64,000 nt of DNA from Neocallimastix sp. 'constans' (taxonomy: Eukaryota). Both the position numbers and the translations under genes were made by a program. The stretch is from positions 62,001-126,000 of the forward strand of contig JBODTK010000151.1 of NCBI GenBank assembly GCA_050613775.1. The letters run 5' to 3'. The notes beneath the pieces were generated by a model. That model was not told the DNA's origin. It saw only the letters and a list, made by a program, of their open reading frames with translations, and ran no database searches. Positions 40,214 to 54,620 of this stretch are shown piece by piece; within the stretch, counting starts at the first letter, position 1; each line of letters begins with the position of its first letter.

Positions 40214-41350
40214 CACACTCTTTATTCAGAAAATTACTAATATTAAGAATATTATTTCTATTATTATTATTATTATTATGATTATGATTATTATGATTAT
40301 TATACTCTTCGTTACTCTCATCAAAAATCAGTACTTGATTCAACATCATTCATATCTGTGATCCCAATGCAATGATTACATTACTATATGATATTGGACA
40401 ATAATAATTTTTTTTACTAATTTACAAGCAATTTTTTTTTTCATAAAGAATTTTCATGAAATATCTATAAAATATTTCAATTCGAAATTCACCAAAAAAA
40501 AAAAAAAAAAAAAAAAAAGATAGAATTTAGAAAAATCAATGTTCCTATCGAGGATGACTAATTTTTTTTATTTTTTTTTTTTTTTTTTATTTTCTATAAC
40601 CACAAGGACACTGCTCCTGGATAGTACAATTACAGTCATCTTCAAATCCTATCACAATGAGCATCGAATTTTTTTTTTTTTTTTTTAATATCCAACATCT
40701 GGCATGAAGTACTCAATCGAGAAACCAATGCTATATTCAGGAATTCAGGATTACTTAAAAAAAAAAATTTTTTTTATAAGCCTTAGCTTTTAGCTTTGAT
40801 TGATTGATTTTTTTTTTTCCCCTAACATATCTCTATCCCAGAAAAAAATTTTATTTAACTTTTTTTGTTTTTTTACTTAAAGAGATATATCACGTTGTTA
40901 GACCGTCCTACATGGAATAAAAAGAAAATGAAAAAAAAAAAGAGAGAGAGATAATACAATTTCAAGTTTTTTTTTTTTAACTTTCTTTTTATTCCATGTA
41001 GGACAGTCTAACAACGTGATATATCTCTTTAAGTAAAAAAAAAAAAAAAAAAAAAAGAGAGAGAGATAATACAATTTCAAGTTTTTTTTTTTTTTTTTTT
41101 TTTCATTTTTTTTTCATTTTTTTTTATTTTTCTAAAAAACATTATTACCTTTACCTGAGCAATCGCACATTTCGTCGAAAGAGGAGAAGGAATGAGTTAA
41201 GTTCTTTAGAAACACACAATAAAAGGATCGGAAGCTATTCCCATTAGAAAAATTCTTCAATTCAATTCAGTGTATAATCCTGTAATAACTAAGAGTCTTT
41301 GTTAATTTAATTTAATAATAATTTTTTTTCCTTTTTAGACTAGGAAGAGA
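39640..41350 (-). mobile_element. Decayed LINE 3' part (same family as 29893..31170), interrupted by microsatellites
   Basis: Nucleotide homology with the 30k copy (attagggtttgaattg; catctcttccaccaag; aagttctttaga; aagctattcccat); minus-strand relics SKELN..PLSTKCAIAQVK, PEYSIGF..ARC, CPC and FLLGGR. Confidence 0.75.
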
Positions 41351-42049
41351 ATACACTTCCAGCGCTTTATTAAATAGAATGAATATATTTTTATGTATTA
41401 CATTTATTAATAAAAAACTAAAAAAAATACATGATATAATAAAAAGATAAAAATAAAATGTATGTAAAAAGATTTAAGTAAAGTAAAAAATAATAAAAAA
41501 AAATTAAAAAAAAAAATAAAAACAAAAAAAATTAATGCAATAAAAAAAAAATAACAATAAAATAAAATAAAAAAAAATTATATTTTATAATATTATATAT
41601 ATTTTATATTTATATGTATATGTATATGTATATGTATATATATATGTATATGTATATACTTTTTTTTTCATTTTATTTTTATTTATATATTTAAAAAAAA
41701 AAAAATAAAAAATATTTTTTTATTTTTATATTATATATTATTTAGATTTATATCTATATATATATATATATATATTTTTTTTTTTTAACGGCAGCAAACA
41801 TGTTTCATCTTTATTAATTAAATATATGATACAATACATGTAATAAAAAGAAAAAAAAAAAAAAGATAAAAAATAAACAAAAAAAAAAAAAACACAAAAT
41901 ATAATAAAATAATGGTATAATATATTCTAGTTTCATTTAATTAATATCTGTTAAGACTTCACAAGGGCATTATTTATACTGAAGTATAATAATTAATTTT
42001 GACTTCACAATGTTAATCATAATTTTAAGATACAAAATTATAATCTTCA

Positions 42050-43100
42050 TTGGTTGGTTGTGCTAGCCCTGCTAGTCTGTCTTAACTGTTTCTTCAGTAT
42101 TGACGCTCTTGGTAGTAGCAGTACGATTCCATTTGAACCTTATTGAACAAAGACCATTTGCTGGTCAATAGCAATAGGTATAATCGATTGAAGAAGAGCC
42201 GCAGTAACCAACCAAGAATGGAGTAATCAGAATAAGCACCTGATTTCATCTGGCCCTTAAATAGATCCTTCCATTCCCTTGTACTATTATTAATACTTCT
42301 GCCTCCAAGAAGGAAATTAAAACACTTTTTTACACACACTAGAATCAATATACATATTATTTTCAATACTATTACTAATATTACTAATAATACTATTACT
42401 AATATTACAATTATTATTACTATTACTATTACTGTTATTATTATTATTATTATTACTATTACTATTATTACTGTTGCTATTATCATTATTACTATTAACA
42501 AATATCATTTTGTTAGGTTGCCACGGTTAAAAGCATTATATAAAAATAAAAATTTTATCATTAACTTTACTACGAATATGATTGAAAAATGAAACAATCC
42601 ATTAACCAATGCCTTATCCATTGTTTATTACTTTTACAACAGGGACAAAAAAAAATTAGGACACATTTGATCTATTATTTTTTGCAGCTTTAGCAATTCT
42701 AGCATCTAATCTATATATCCGGCTTCGTGCACTCAATCTAGCCAATAGAAACCATATAGAAAGATCAGGATATTCAAAACAAAGTTTTATAAAATTTGAT
42801 GTTTCTTCGAAACTGTTTTTTATCATAAAATTCAGTTTTATATAGAATTGATATTCATATCTCTTTTCCAATAAAAATTCCTTGATTTTATTACCGTTAT
42901 TTACCTCTTTTCTTTAGTTTACGTTTAAGAGTTCTACTTTCTTTCCTCTATGAATATTTTCTAGATTTTGGAATATTATTAACTAAATAGGAAATTAATA
43001 CAATTTGAATCTTTCCAATTTATCAAAACATTTGACTTGAGACAAAGCACACTTAGCTGACAATGGAGGAATATTTAAATCTTTTGAAATAGAATATACA
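42050..43100 (-). mobile_element. Decayed LINE ORF2 C-terminal region with zinc knuckle
   Basis: SKDLNIPPLSAKCALSQVKCFDK (~43085-43020), EYPDLSI..RLDARIA, CPCCKSNKQWIRHWLMDC (Cx2Cx8Hx4C, ~42648-42594) and FLLGGR, in several frames. Confidence 0.8.
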
Positions 43101-43267
43101 TTAATAAATGATTTTATATCTATATCTATATCTTTCTTATCTTTCTGTATGTATAATATACTTTTTTTTTTTTTTATTATTATTAAAAAAAAAAAAAAAC
43201 CTGATTCAATATAGAATACAATAAATATCAATGATGCATGAATAAAAGAAAGAAAAATAAAATGATA

Positions 43268-43483
<216 letters not shown>

Positions 43484-44944
43484 TTATTTTAATTTAAAAA
43501 TTATGTTGATATATATAATAAAAAAAAAAAATATTATAAATAATTTGAAAAATATATCTAGTATATATATTTATAAAAATATATGTATATATAGTGTATA
43601 TAAATAGAATTATTATATTTATATATAATAATTCTATTTATAATATAATAATATAAATAAAACAAAAATAAAAAAAAAAAAGGAAAAAAAAAAATAGTAA
43701 TAATTACATATAAATAAAACTTAATTAACAACTTTATTATTAAAAATCAAAATAAGATAATATGTAATATTAATAAAATAAATTTGTTTTTTTATAAAAT
43801 TTAAATATAAAATTATACATTAAAAAATATATAAAAAAATATATATATGCATAAAATAAAAAAAAAAAAAATATAAAGAAAAGAAAAGAAAAATAATAAT
43901 GATAGGAAAAAAAGGATATGAATTTTTTTTTTTTTTGTTTTTAAAAAAAAAAATAAATAAATAAAATAAAATAATAAAACTAATAATTTAATAAAAAGAA
44001 ATTATTAAAAAGTATTACATTATAAATTAAACATTATTAATTTCCCAACACAAATATATATAAATAAAAATACCTATTTATATATATATTTCTATTTCTA
44101 TTTCTATTTCTATTTTTTTTTTTTCCTTCATTCTTTTCTATTATGATAGAATTCTTTAATTATCTTTTTTTTATCTTATTTTCTTTCTTTCTTTTCTTTT
44201 CTTTCTTTCTTTTTTTTTTTTTTTTTTTTGTTTTTTGTTTTTTGTTTTTTGTTTTTTGTTTTTTGTTTTTTGTTTTTTGTTTTTTGTTTTTTGTTTTTTG
44301 TTTTTTGTTTTTCAATTTCTTTTCTTTTCTTTTTGATAATTTTGATAATTTTGATCATATTGGTTGATATATATTTAAATAAAAAATTATATTCAATTTA
44401 AAAATAAAAAATATATTTTTGTTTGTTTTTAATCAATTTTTGATATCTTTTTTTGTTTGTTTGTTTGCTTCCTTGTTTTCTTCCTTGTTTTCTTGCTTAT
44501 TTTAGTTTTAGTTTTCATTTTGCTTGGTTGAAAAAAAAAATAATAATAAATAAATTATTTATTTATTTTTTTTTTTTTTTCATTTTTCTTTCATTTGTTA
44601 TCTTAAACTTTTTTTTTCTTTTCTTTTCTTTTTCTTTTCTTTTTCTTTCATTTATCTCTTATATAAATACTATATTATGGAATCATAAAACTTTTAATAA
44701 ATTTATTCAAATATAAAAAATTATATATATTTGATTTTTTCCTTCCTTTCATTTTATATATATAGCATATATTATGATTCATATAACTTTTAATAAATTT
44801 ATTCAATTATAAAAATAGCATATATTTTATATTTGATTTTTCTTTTCTTTCATCTTTTTTTTTGTTTTTTCTGTTTTGTTTTTTATTTTTTTGTTTTTTT
44901 GTTTTTTTGTTTTATAAAAGATATCAATTTTTCTTTATTAGCAT

Positions 44945-45087
44945 CTAAATCATTCCTAAACGTTTGGAAATGATAATACTTATGACAGTAATGACCACCA
45001 TAGCTAAACAAATAATGAAGAAAGGTATCAAGGAATCCATATAGACTTGACCTGGTACTAAAACGTTCATACCCCACATACCTAATT

Positions 45088-45142
<55 letters not shown>

Positions 45143-46198
45143 TAAATATAAATAAATATAAAAATATATAAAAATTATTAATAATAAAAACAATTTAATT
45201 TTAATTAAAATCTTCTTTTTTACATATATATATATATAATTTTTTTTTCTTTCTCTTTTTACCTGAAATAAGACTAAGAGGTAAGAAGACGGTACCCAAA
45301 ACCGATAATTTATTAGCGATATCATTGGTGTCGTTGGTAGCCAAGGTAATTTCAATATTAATTTGAGCCAAGTAGTTAGAGTGAGCTCGTATTAACGTTT
45401 CCTCAAAATGATGTAAATTTTGAACCATGGTAATCACATGATCCTGTACATCACTCAAATACAATAAGTTATTTGAATTTGGCGTGAGGGTATTGATACG
45501 CTTTATTAAATTTTTTATTATTTCAGATTTATCAGTTACCAGTCTCAATAAGGCGGTCACACGTTTACGAGCCTCACCAATACGACGAAGCATATCATTC
45601 TTTTCTGATTCCTTTAAGATAAGAACCAACTCATCAATGGTATTAACATCAATTTCAGCACTATTAATGTATGGATAGAAGGAATCGGAAACTATATATA
45701 AAAATGAAAATATTATTAAAAAATTTTTTAAAAAAAAAAATAAAAATAAAATAAAATAAAATAAAAAAAAATAAATATTTATATTTTTAAATTATATAAT
45801 ATAAATATTAATAATTATAAATAATATTATAATTTAAACATTAATAATAATAAATAATAATAATAACAATGACAATAATAAATAAGTAAATAAATAAAAG
45901 ATAAATAAAAATAAAAATAAAAATAAAACTAGAAGCTTTATCTATTATTATTAATAATCAAATATTTACTATCATCAATGTGAGCGTAAGCGATCCAATC
46001 ACCATTGAATTCGAAATCATAGGCACTAAGTTGGGCCATTCTTGTGAGTATATGGTCGGTATGTTGAATTGGTTTATTATGGAACTAGTATTTATTTTTA
46101 TTTTTATTTTCAATTTTTTTTTTTATTAATTTATTTGATGAAGAAAAAAAAATTAAAATGAAAAAATAATAAAAATTATTAGTAAAGTTATATTCAAA

Positions 46199-46251
<53 letters not shown>

Positions 46252-46398
46252 CATTATATTTTAAAAAACAACAATAAATAATAATAATAATAATAGTAAT
46301 AATAATAATAATAATTAAAATAATTAAAAATATAATAATATTTTAATTACTAATTATTATTTATTATTTATTTTTTATTATTAATAAATTATTTTACG

Positions 46399-46445
<47 letters not shown>

Positions 46446-47137
46446 TACAGATAAAACGAAATTCTTAAATACCAGAACGGAAACGTTTATAGGAAGAATT
46501 TCAAAAGAGGAAGAATTTTCCTCAAAGGAGTTAATATTAATATAATAGTAATTGATGAAGGTTTCTATTTTTTCTCTTGTATCGTCATACTCCATATCTT
46601 CTACAGTTAAAGGATGAATACCAAAAACCTATTTTTTTTTTTTTTTTAAGTAAATAAATATAAAAAAAAAAAATTTTAAAAAAATTATATAAATATTTAT
46701 ATATATATATATTATATATTAGAATTATGGTTACTATTATTATTATTATTATTATTATTATAGTTAATCTTTTTTTATTATTTCTTTTATTTTATTTTAT
46801 TTTATTATTTTTTTTTTCAATTGATCAATGATATAATTTCCCCTTCGCATTAATATACTATAATATATTTACGTCTGATAAAACAGCGATTTCCTCTTTT
46901 GTTGGTTTCAATACATCAATCCAGAAGAATTTTTTCTTCATTGTTTCACTTATAGGAACATTTTCTACAGGTCTTAACTGTTGGAAGGTATTAATGCGTT
47001 GAATATGGCATTTATTTTTATCATCTTTACAGTAAAATGAAATTCTTTCTCTAGTACTCTATTTATTAGAGATATAAAAATTTATATATAAATAAAAATA
47101 ACATAAATATATTTTATTTATTTATTAATATTATAAG

Positions 47138-47189
<52 letters not shown>

Positions 47190-48099
47190 GTTATTATTAT
47201 GTTTAATTTTTAATTTATATGTATTAATTTTCTATTTCTATTATTAAGAAGAAAAAAAAAATTAAAATAAAAAATAAAAACAAAAAAATAGAATTATTTA
47301 TAATACCAAAAATATAATAATAATATTATTAAAAAAAACTTACATCTATTTTACTAATTTCTTGAATAGCACTAGAAAGAAGGGAATTATTTTTTATACT
47401 ATTATTATTATTATTATTATTATTATGGGTACTACTATTTTCTAAACTATTTAAACTATTTCCTCTATAATTAGATTTACGTTTACGAAGATGACTACTT
47501 TTTTCATTATTTGTTGATGATGTTACACTTATATAACTATCCAAACTATTCGTTCTGACGCTTGGCTTACGTCTACGAATATTATCCAACTCAGTATTTT
47601 TAAAAGCCATAGATTTTACCTTACCAGGTTTATCACAATAATGTTGAAATTTTTCATAGTTAATTTTATAGAAGTCCTCAAGATTATCTGAACCATTAAT
47701 TTTTTCCAAAGGAATACAGATATCATTATAAAAATTCTTAATTTGACCGCCGTTGGAACGACTGTAGGCTTCACTTTGGAAGTAAGAAGATCTATCTGTA
47801 ACTGGAGAAGAGGAAGGGGAAAATTTTTTGAAGTCAACATGGTTTTCAGGCTCACTAGGTTTATCCGTTTTAATATCGATAAATTCAGGTTCCGAGGTAT
47901 ATGGGTTATCCGTTATGGAATGGATACTACCGCGACGACTAGAAGAACCTTTAGTGTTTTTAACATTTAAATGGTTAGAACTATTTTTAGATTTTTCACT
48001 AGTGCTATCCAATAAATAGTTTGAAGATTCGTTGGCGACATTATAAATGTTTTGAGAGGAAACATCAGCAGATTCTTTTAAATTTAAGTTAGAACTCAT
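44945..48099 (-). CDS. CorA-family Mg2+ transporter (fungal ALR1/MNR2-like), 6 exons: 48099-47344, 47058-46873, 46628-46449, 46084-45970, 45691-45263, 45081-44945; 600 aa
   Basis: Manual splicing at GT..AG sites gives a continuous 1803-nt frame containing FWIDVLKPT.EE, FGIHPLTVED, REKIE, DWIAYAHIDDI.D.F.P, LRRIGEARK, YLSDVQDH and two C-terminal TM helices with the GMN signature (GMWGMNV). Confidence 0.93.
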
Positions 48100-50642
48100 T
48101 TTTTTTAAAAAAAAAAAAATTATTATTATTGTAAAGTTTAAATATTTTCTATTTCTAATTATTATATTATTATTTATTGTATTATAATTTTTTTTTTTTT
48201 GTTCTAAAAATTATTATAAATGGTATTTTTTATTTCTTATCTTGTTAATGTTTTTATAATTGAATATATATATTTTACAAATTCTTATAATTATGTTAAA
48301 TTATAATTACTTTTACTTATTATATTTATTATTATTTATTATTATTATTATCTATTGAAAAGTATATATAAATATATATATAATAATATTATAATATAAC
48401 AAAAAAAATATTTTTTATTAATAATAATAAAGAATAATAATTGATATATCAACTTGTTTACTTTTAAAAAAAGTATTGATTTAAAATAAATGAAATAAAA
48501 AAAAAAAAAAAAAATAAAAAAATTAAAAAATAAAAAAAATATAAAATCTTCTATTTTTATTATTTATTATTTATTATTATTTGTTATTTTTTTTTTACAT
48601 AATTATTATATTGTTATTTTAATTATTATTATTACTATTTATTATTATTATTTTTTTCTTTTTTTTTTTACTAAATGAATGTCAAATTTTTTTACTTTTT
48701 CCATTTTCCTTTTTCCTTTTTTTTTTTTTTTTTTTTTAATGTTACAATAAATTTGAATATAAAATTATATTTAATTTTATTATATTATATTAATCCAACT
48801 TTAATATCTATTATATCTGTTATATATATATACATAAAAATTGTCATACATTTCATTTCATTTTTTTTTTTTTTTAATTTTTTATTTTATTTTATTTTAT
48901 TTTATTTATTAAAAAAATTTAATACATTTAATTTAATTACTATTAAATATTATATATACTGATAAATAATTAAATATATTTAATTAGATTATAATATATT
49001 TATAATATAAAATAAATATTAATATATTAATATTATATAATAAAAATTAGTTTTTTTTTTTTTGTTGTCATTTTTTTATTTTTTATTTTCTTAAATTTAA
49101 AACATTTCTGGATATCATTTAAAATAAAATAATTAAAGTTTCTTCAATTTCATTGGTTAATTATCAAACTATTTTTAATCTTTTCTTTTTTTGATTTTTT
49201 TTAATTTATTAAAGAGTTAATCCATATTAATTTATTAGGCAAAATAATTATATTCTTATATATAATGATTATATAATTTATTTATGTTTTTATAAAATAA
49301 AATAAAATAAAAAAAAAAAAAAAAGATGACAGCTAAATTTTTATTTATTATATATTAGATTTATATTATATATATAATATATAATATATTAAATATTATA
49401 ACTTTTTATATATATTTGTAAAAAAATTTAATAAATTATATTTATAAATATAAATATATCTTTATTAATTAATGATATTTATATATAAAATCTTAATTAA
49501 TGATTGAAAGTTTTTATATAACATATTACATAAATGTATATCATCTACATAAAAAGATACAAAAATAATGTACATATCATTATATTATTGTCATTAATTA
49601 TTAAAAACAGTGATATATATAAATTTCTCGTTCTATTATTATTTTAATTCTATTTTTATTATATAAAATAAATAAATTAGTAAATTAATAAATAAATAGT
49701 AAATAAATAAATATAACATAAATAAATTTTATTAATAAATAAAGGAATAATAAATAATAAATAATACTATTTTTATTATATAAATAAATTAGTAAATTAA
49801 TAAATAAATAGTAAATAAATAAATATAGCATAAATAAAATTTATTAATAAATAAAGGAATAATAAATAATAAATAGTAAATATATATATAAAGGAATAAT
49901 AAATTATAAATATTTAAATAATGGAATAATAAATAATAAATATATAAATAATTAATAATAAATAAATAATAAATAATACCATAAATAATACTATATATGT
50001 GAATGTAAATAATAATATAATAAAAATTATAATAAATAGTATATATTAACAAATTGATAATAAATATTAAATATAAAAAAAATTAACTTTAAATTATTAA
50101 TTAAAAATTCAAATACATTACGATATATGATACGTTTTACATTGTACAAAATAGAAATAATTATATAAATCATAATCATAAACAATAACAAACAATAACA
50201 AAACAATAATAATAAAATAATAAAATAATAATTATAACAAAAATAATAATAAATAATAAATAAAAAATAATAATAATAAAAAAATAATAATAATAAAATA
50301 ATAAATTATAATTATAATAATTATAATAATTATAATAATAATAATCATAATAATAATAAAATAATAATAATATTATTAAGAGTTAGGAATTTTTGGTTTA
50401 TAATTATGTCAATTTTATTATTATTATTTATGATAAAAAAAAAAGTTATTAGCATTTAATTATTTTAAATTTTTTGGTTTATAATTAGGTTAATTTTATT
50501 ATTATGATAGAGTCACTAGCATTTAATTATTCTAAATGAAATGATTTATATATTAATACATTGTGGCTTATACATTTTATATATTACAATATAGGTTTCA
50601 ATACATTTGAATCGAATTTTTTATAGATTTCATATACTCTAA

Positions 50643-50687
50643 CATTCCCCTCCCTTTAAACCAACTAGGTTTAAGGGGAGGGGAATG
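50643..50687. other. GC-rich 20-bp-stem hairpin/palindrome
   Basis: cattcccctccctttaaacc-aacta-ggtttaaggggaggggaatg, with one T:G mismatch. Confidence 0.85.
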
Positions 50688-52233
50688 AATAAATTGGTTT
50701 ATTATTTTATTACATAAATTATTTATATAATAAAATAATTTATTCATTATTATATAATGAATAAATTGGTTTACTGGTGAAGATATGTATATATAATTAT
50801 CCTCTTTTACAATATTAACTTGATATTATTAAACTATTAGTTATTTCTATTCTAAATTAACACCTTTAATTTTACATGATTAAAAATAATTTTTGTTTTT
50901 ATATTCATTTCATCTTTAATTCAATTTTAAATATTATTAAAATAATTTCTTTAATATATTTGTAAATCTAATAATCACCCCTTAAAACTAAGTATTTAAT
51001 ATTATTACACCATTTATTTTAGATGTATCTAAAAATATCTCTTATAATATATGGTTTATATATTACCATTTATAGGATGGAAACCTTTCTCTTAAAAGGG
51101 TGAACTTATACCAAATATTAAATTAAATTATTAATTACAGTGGACTTGATAAATCATGAATCGTAGGGGTATTAAAATGGATTGTATTTATAATTAATTA
51201 TATTCATCTAGTCATTTATAATTTAAACTTATTAGTTAAATAATAATATAAATTGTTTTTATAATTAATTAAGATTCAAATATTTCAATTAATTTTTTGT
51301 TAATAAAGGTTAATTTTTTGTTAATTTTCACTATTAGCCTATTTTATTCATTTCCAATATAAATATAATAAATATAATTTTTAAATCATCAGAACAAAAA
51401 AAAAAAATCAATTAAAGTAATTTTTCTTTTTTAATATTTTTAAGTTCTTTATTTTATGTTGCCTACTTTCCCCCTAAAATCCAAATTTCTAAAAAAGATT
51501 TTTATATATTTGAATTTTCTCATCATTAACATATTAATGATCGAAGTGCAATGATCATAACTTTAAAATACTTTTCAATTCATAAGATGGATACAAGTAT
51601 CATCCTTTTGTATATAATTCATGGTTATATTTATCCTTTTATTATTCCTTTCATCACGAAGGTTTGCATTATGATTATATTGAACTAGTTTATTATTTAA
51701 ACCCATTTCACACTAGGCTTAATAATACTATTATTATTAGAATGAACCAATTTCATGCTAGGAATTACCATTCTTATTCTATATTTCCCTTGAATAATTT
51801 GGGATATTATTTTTTAAATTATTTTGTATGGGATCTCGGACATATAGTCTCCTCCATTATTGTAGTTTATATTAATATATAATATGGGTTTTTTGATATG
51901 TATAAATAAGTGTTAAAATAACTATACTTTAAATAATGTGCTTTGTTATTTAAAAAAAAATCATTTTCTATGATATGATTGTTTAAATCATTGAAATATA
52001 CATTATTAAATTGTATTTTGTACATTCATGGGGTGGAAATAGTCCATCACATAGTAGATTCCTTTATGTATAGATATATTACATTAAATAACTTCCTTTT
52101 ATCAACTGTTTTATATTATATACATTTCTTCAATTTTGTAATTTTGATCGGTTTTATTAGTCTTCTTTAAATTGGCATAATAAGCAGCTTTTATCATAAT
52201 TTAAAATTTAATTTATTTATTTATTTATTTATT

Positions 52234-52268
<35 letters not shown>

Positions 52269-52450
52269 ACATAATGTTGTTTCCGGACAACGATTCTTTT
52301 GCTAACAATTATTTTTAGAGTCAGATGAGACTCTTGATCCGTTAAGAGTTAAGAATTTATGGCTTATAATTATGACAATTTTGTTATTATAATTTATGAT
52401 AAAGTGTCACTAGTATTTAATTATTCTAAATTAAATGCTTTAATACATTG

Positions 52451-52540
52451 CGAGCATCGACGCCGTACCGGTATGACAGTTAAACATACACCCATATTCA
52501 CATATGGGGGAGACAAAAATCTCTAGTTTATAAAAAAAAG
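52451..52540 (+). mobile_element. 90-bp 5'-truncated copy of the polyA retroposon seen at 13307..13518
   Basis: tcgacgccgta..gtatgacagttaaacatacacccatatt..gggggagaca.aaatct shared with the 13k copy; A-tail; TSD cattg (52446-52450 and 52541-52545); empty site ttaatacattg|tggcttat at ~50553-50571. Confidence 0.85.
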
Positions 52541-52675
52541 CATTGTGACTTATGCATAATTTATATTACAACATGTTTTAATACATGCATTTCACATATA
52601 TTGTAAATATTATAATAATATTATTATTTTAAAAATAAAATAAAAAATTAATAAATAAAATTTTAAAAATTAAAG

Positions 52676-52724
<49 letters not shown>

Positions 52725-54071
52725 GAAATAATTTATGCTTATTTATATTGAAATAAAAATAAATATTCAAATAATGAAAAGTTAAAAAAAAAAAAAATAA
52801 ATAAACTATATAAAAAAAAAAGAAAAGAAAAAATAAATACAATAATAGATATATATATATATATGATAGATATAAAAGAACCAGATATAGTATATGTAAT
52901 ACTATAAATTTAATAGTTAATTTATCTATTTTTTTATTATTTTATATAAAACCATTTTTATACATATATAAAAGTATCATAGATAAAATAAAATTTATCT
53001 ATTTTTTTATTATTTTATATAAAACCATTTTTATACATATATAAAAGTATCATAGATATAATAATTAAAAAATATTAAAAAGTATAGAACATAATATATT
53101 ATTATTATACATTATTATTCATTATTATTATTATTACTATTTTTATTTTAACATTTACACAATAAAAAAAAAAAAATTCAAATTTAAATATTTTTTTCTT
53201 TTTTTATTTTTAATTTTTATTTTAATTTTTATTTTATTTGAGTATATATATATTCTTCTTTTAATTATATATATATATATTGTTTTATTTTATTTTATTT
53301 TATTTTTTTTTTTTTTTTTTTTTTTATTTTTGTATTTCATTTCTTTATTTCTTTATTTTATTTTTTTTTAATTAATATAAAATTGTATTAATATCATTGA
53401 AAATAGTTTTTTTTTTTTTTTTGTAAACATATATATATCAATATACATTTATTAAAATATTTTTTTTATATATATAAAAAACATTTTCAATAAATAAATT
53501 AATAAATTTTATTTTACTAATTTAAAAATATATATAAAAACAAATTTATATATATTAATAAATTATTTATTTTTATTATTTTTATTATTATTATTATTAT
53601 TATTTTTTTTTTTTTTTTAATTTTTATATTTTTATTTTTTTATTATTACCTGTTTTTTAAAGTAAATATATGTTGGTTAATTTTTTTTTTTTTTTTGCTA
53701 AAAGATCATCTTTTAAATATTAATAAATTAATAAATTATTGGTTTCATTTTGCGTATTAATTTTGGATATTTTATTTGAATTTTACAGTTTATTATATTA
53801 ATAATATAAATTGATAAAAATATTTTTATATAGTAATAATAAAACAATGAAATTTTTTTATAATAAATATTCTATTATTTTATTATTTTATATATATAAA
53901 TATTTTTTTTTAAAATATAATAAAATGTAAATTTTTTTTGTTTTAGTTTTTTTTTTTTTTTTTTTTTTTTTGTTTTGTTTTGTTTTGTTTTGTTTTAGTT
54001 TTTTTTTTTTTTTTTTTTTTTTTGTTTTGTTTTGTTTTGTTTTGTTTTGTTTTAGTTTTTTTTTTTTTTTT

Positions 54072-54116
<45 letters not shown>

Positions 54117-54620
54117 TTTTATTTTATTTTATTTTTTTTTTTTTGGTTAATTTATAATTTATAATATTCGTGATATTTAATTTTTATTTATCATTTGTAT
54201 CGCTTATAGAATAATTTATTTAATAATTTATTTATATTATTTCTAAAATAATAATTAAAAAATAAGATAAATATTATATATATATATATATTTTCTGTTT
54301 TTTTTTTTTTTTTTTTTTTTATTTGTATTTTGTTTATTTGTTTGAATTTGAATTTTTTATTTTATAAAGTTTTTTAATATTCCTTTGTATTATTTTATTT
54401 TTATTTTTTATTTTATTTGTTTAATTTTTTATTTTTTTCTTTCGTGTGTGTGTATCTGTTTTGTTTTATATATATATATATTTTGCTTTTTTATTTTATT
54501 TTTATTTTTATTTTGTTTTGTGGTGTTTTTATTTTAATTTTTATTTTTATTTTGTTTTGTGGTGTTTTTATTTTAATTTTTATTTTCATTTTTATTAAAT
54601 TTATTTATTTATTCATTTAT

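Larger units (their letters stand above)
50380..52600. repeat. Diverged ~200-bp direct repeats (~50380-50610 and ~52346-52590) enclosing ~1.7 kb of decayed coding-like DNA
   Basis: gagtta(g/a)gaattt(t/a)tgg(t/c)ttataattatg(t/a)caatttt and gtcactag(c/t)atttaattattctaaat are present in both copies; the interior has no intact ORF. Confidence 0.65.

Noticed and set aside
52317..52334. Hammerhead ribozyme (cagatga within a hairpin)
   Set aside because: Core is not CUGAUGA and there is no properly placed GAAA or three-stem junction.
52490..52527. Helitron 3' end (hairpin followed by CTAG-T)
   Set aside because: The insert extends past CTAG to an A-tail and has a 5-bp TSD, and the 13k copy lacks the CTAG; retroposition fits better.
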